From the IMG/VR virus record IMGVR_UViG_3300035698_035306: DNA of 35,619 bases; one strand, 5' to 3'. Positions 34,010 through 35,619 of this stretch are shown here, piece by piece. Within the stretch, counting starts at the first letter, position 1. Each line of letters begins with the position of its first letter. A model generated the notes under the pieces. That model saw only the letters and a program-made list of their open reading frames with translations, made no database searches and was not told where the DNA came from. This DNA comes from an uncultured virus (IMG/VR IMGVR_UViG_3300035698_035306) (taxonomy: Duplodnaviria > Heunggongvirae > Uroviricota > Caudoviricetes). The position numbers were made by a program, and so were the translations under genes.

Positions 34010-34303
34010 TTAGTTTGCGTTTATTTCTGTGTTGTTTATATCCCATTCTCGAAGTAAAGTTTGCAGCTTCAAATATATCATATTTGCTGGTAAGAACTGT
34101 AAATCATGTTCATCGAAGATGTCATCATTTATCATTACTTCAAAGCTTTCAAAACAAGTCTTCTTAATGTATAGGATGTCAAATTTTACATCGTTCCCAT
34201 TAAAGAAACTAAATCTATCATCAAAATATATCTTGTCAGTTGGACACTGTGCTAACAGTTTTCTAATTTGTCCTTTTATTATTATTCCATCTAAAATTCC
34301 CAT
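34010..34303 (-). CDS. hypothetical protein
   Basis: 97 aa. Confidence 0.65.
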   Translation of the reverse strand: MGILDGIIIKGQIRKLLAQCPTDKIYFDDRFSFFNGNDVKFDILYIKKTCFESFEVMINDDIFDEHDLQFLPANMIYLKLQTLLREWDINNTEINAN

Positions 34304-34324
34304 TGTTCTTTTTTTAACTGATTA

Positions 34325-34549
34325 TTAACCTAATGAATTTCTTACAATATGTGTAGGTACTGTAACTACGTTTCCGAGCATTTCGCCAGGGTACATAACG
34401 TCAATTACTTTACATTCTGCAGAAGTTGAATTAACTTCAATAACTTCTAATAACGCATAGCCATCAGATATGTAAGGTTTTCCAATTCCGAAACTTTCAC
34501 CTATTTGAGGTAGTGAATCCATATCTGTTAAAAATTGTGCTTTGCTCAT
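34325..34549 (-). CDS. hypothetical protein
   Basis: 74 aa after a promoter copy. Confidence 0.7.
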   Translation of the reverse strand: MSKAQFLTDMDSLPQIGESFGIGKPYISDGYALLEVIEVNSTSAECKVIDVMYPGEMLGNVVTVPTHIVRNSLG

Positions 34550-34568
34550 ATTATATTTCTTTTATGTT

Positions 34569-34613
34569 TTAATTACAAGACTAAAGTATCAAACATTCCT
34601 CAGAACCCAAAGT
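34569..34613 (-). promoter_or_regulatory. repeated early-type promoter
   Basis: ACTTTGG - CTGAG - TACTTTAG - TGTAATTAA. Confidence 0.8.
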
Positions 34614-34631
34614 ATTTCTCAGATTAACCCC

Positions 34632-34654
34632 AAAAAAAGCTGCAAAGCAGCTTT
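34632..34654 (-). terminator. intrinsic terminator
   Basis: aaagctgc-aaa-gcagcttt with a U7 tail on the - strand. Confidence 0.75.
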
Positions 34655-34680
34655 CTCCGTGCGGACATGATACGCGTTTA

Positions 34681-35619
34681 TTAAATATTGCGTAAATCAG
34701 TTTGACATTTAGGGCAGAAATTCCAGTTAGTATCTCTTACTCTATATCTACAACCAGGGCAATAGATTTTTGTTTGTGTATTAATATCAACACTCTTAGT
34801 ACTTTCAGGCATTAACTTCATTTCAATTGAATGGAATGGTAATATCTGAGGAGTAAATGTAGTGTACTCAAATGTTTGGTCAGAAGCTTCACCCTTTTCA
34901 ATACGTCCAGTTTCAACCTTCTTATACATCTTCTTACTTCTTGTCTTACCTTTCATAGAAGCTTTAACTTCTTTAGGAGCAGATTTAGTCTGTTCTTGGC
35001 TTGCATCAAAAAAGCTTAAGGTATTATTTAAGTTTTCACTTTCAGCTGATGCACAGTAGTTTACGCTGTTCTCGTTATTACCTATAACGTCACCTGAACG
35101 TGATTCATGAACAAATCCACCTGTAGATGTGAGCTTAGTACCTGAACCATATATGATATTGTCAGGTGAGCCATAATATCTTTTTGAGAATTTATAGTTG
35201 TTATTTAAGTATGCATCAAAGTCAATCTGCTCTTGTTCTTTGAAAAAGTCTATTCTAATATGACCATTCTTTTCAATTGCTTTCTTAACTTGTTCGTTAC
35301 CATCATTAACAGCATATGTGTCAAATAAGAATTTTCTTGCATCACCGTCATGTAAATATCTTTCAAGGAAACCGTGGTCACCTGGTCTGATTATTAACAT
35401 ACGACCTTCATTGATGCATTTGTTATTTAAGTAGATTGTAATCCCTACCTTCTCTTGTAATGGATTGAAAAATTCAAACTCAAAATGAGATTTACCCTTT
35501 AAATAAACTTTTGGAAGTTGTGTTTTCTTATCGTATACCTTGAGGCGGTTACGATTGCTTGTAATTTGTACAGTAGGCATATCTGCGTGATGCTGTACAC
35601 TCGGTTTTCTGTGTGTCAT
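34681..35619 (-). CDS. hypothetical phage protein with C-terminal zinc ribbon (start at the window edge, may extend beyond it)
   Basis: 312 aa; CPGC...FCPKC at the C-terminus. Confidence 0.8.
   Translation of the reverse strand: MTHRKPSVQHHADMPTVQITSNRNRLKVYDKKTQLPKVYLKGKSHFEFEFFNPLQEKVGITIYLNNKCINEGRMLIIRPGDHGFLERYLHDGDARKFLFDTYAVNDGNEQVKKAIEKNGHIRIDFFKEQEQIDFDAYLNNNYKFSKRYYGSPDNIIYGSGTKLTSTGGFVHESRSGDVIGNNENSVNYCASAESENLNNTLSFFDASQEQTKSAPKEVKASMKGKTRSKKMYKKVETGRIEKGEASDQTFEYTTFTPQILPFHSIEMKLMPESTKSVDINTQTKIYCPGCRYRVRDTNWNFCPKCQTDLRNI

Noticed and set aside
12767..35059. Plus-strand ORFs in the right arm (e.g. 12767, 13830, 15880, 18603, 20938, 26369, 31821, 32963, 34029) and minus-strand ORFs in the left arm (1018, 2998, 6956, 11212)
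   Set aside because: They are antisense shadows of well-supported genes, with F/S/L/I-rich composition and no motifs or promoters.
1..35619. Stop-codon reassignment (alternative genetic code)
   Set aside because: Recognisable genes are full-length in code 11, and TAA, TAG (e.g. cysN) and TGA all appear as true stops with tight gene packing.

Overview
AT-rich, densely packed accessory region of what is most likely a large T4-like (jumbo) bacteriophage of a Bacteroidota host. This is an inference: no capsid, terminase or polymerase gene lies in the window. Two convergent arms (+ strand 1-12369, - strand 12440-35619) meet at a bidirectional terminator. The left arm carries a sulfate-activation cluster (probable cysQ 3' end, cysD, cysN), a run of HD, HAD and calcineurin-like phosphohydrolases and a radical SAM enzyme. 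The right arm carries five proteins with a T4-type capsid-targeting-like N-terminus (YIKxFxxF..E), a lytic transglycosylase, a PPP phosphatase, RNase HII, a macrodomain, thioredoxin, a complete tmRNA with an atypical tag (GETTNKVAGETVMAMAV), an 847-aa membrane-anchored repeat protein with a UVR-like motif, a free-standing GIY-YIG endonuclease, a DUF932-like protein and a RadA/Sms-like ATPase. Non-coding structure read directly from the sequence includes 14 copies of a fixed-spacing Bacteroidota-type promoter with a phage-specific central box, a GAT(A)TATA/GATAAATA late-promoter-like motif, several intrinsic terminators, a T-loop-containing tRNA-like ncRNA candidate (18126-18223) and a structured uORF/long-range-pairing element around 23020-23482. 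All family names come from motif recognition by eye, not from database searches.
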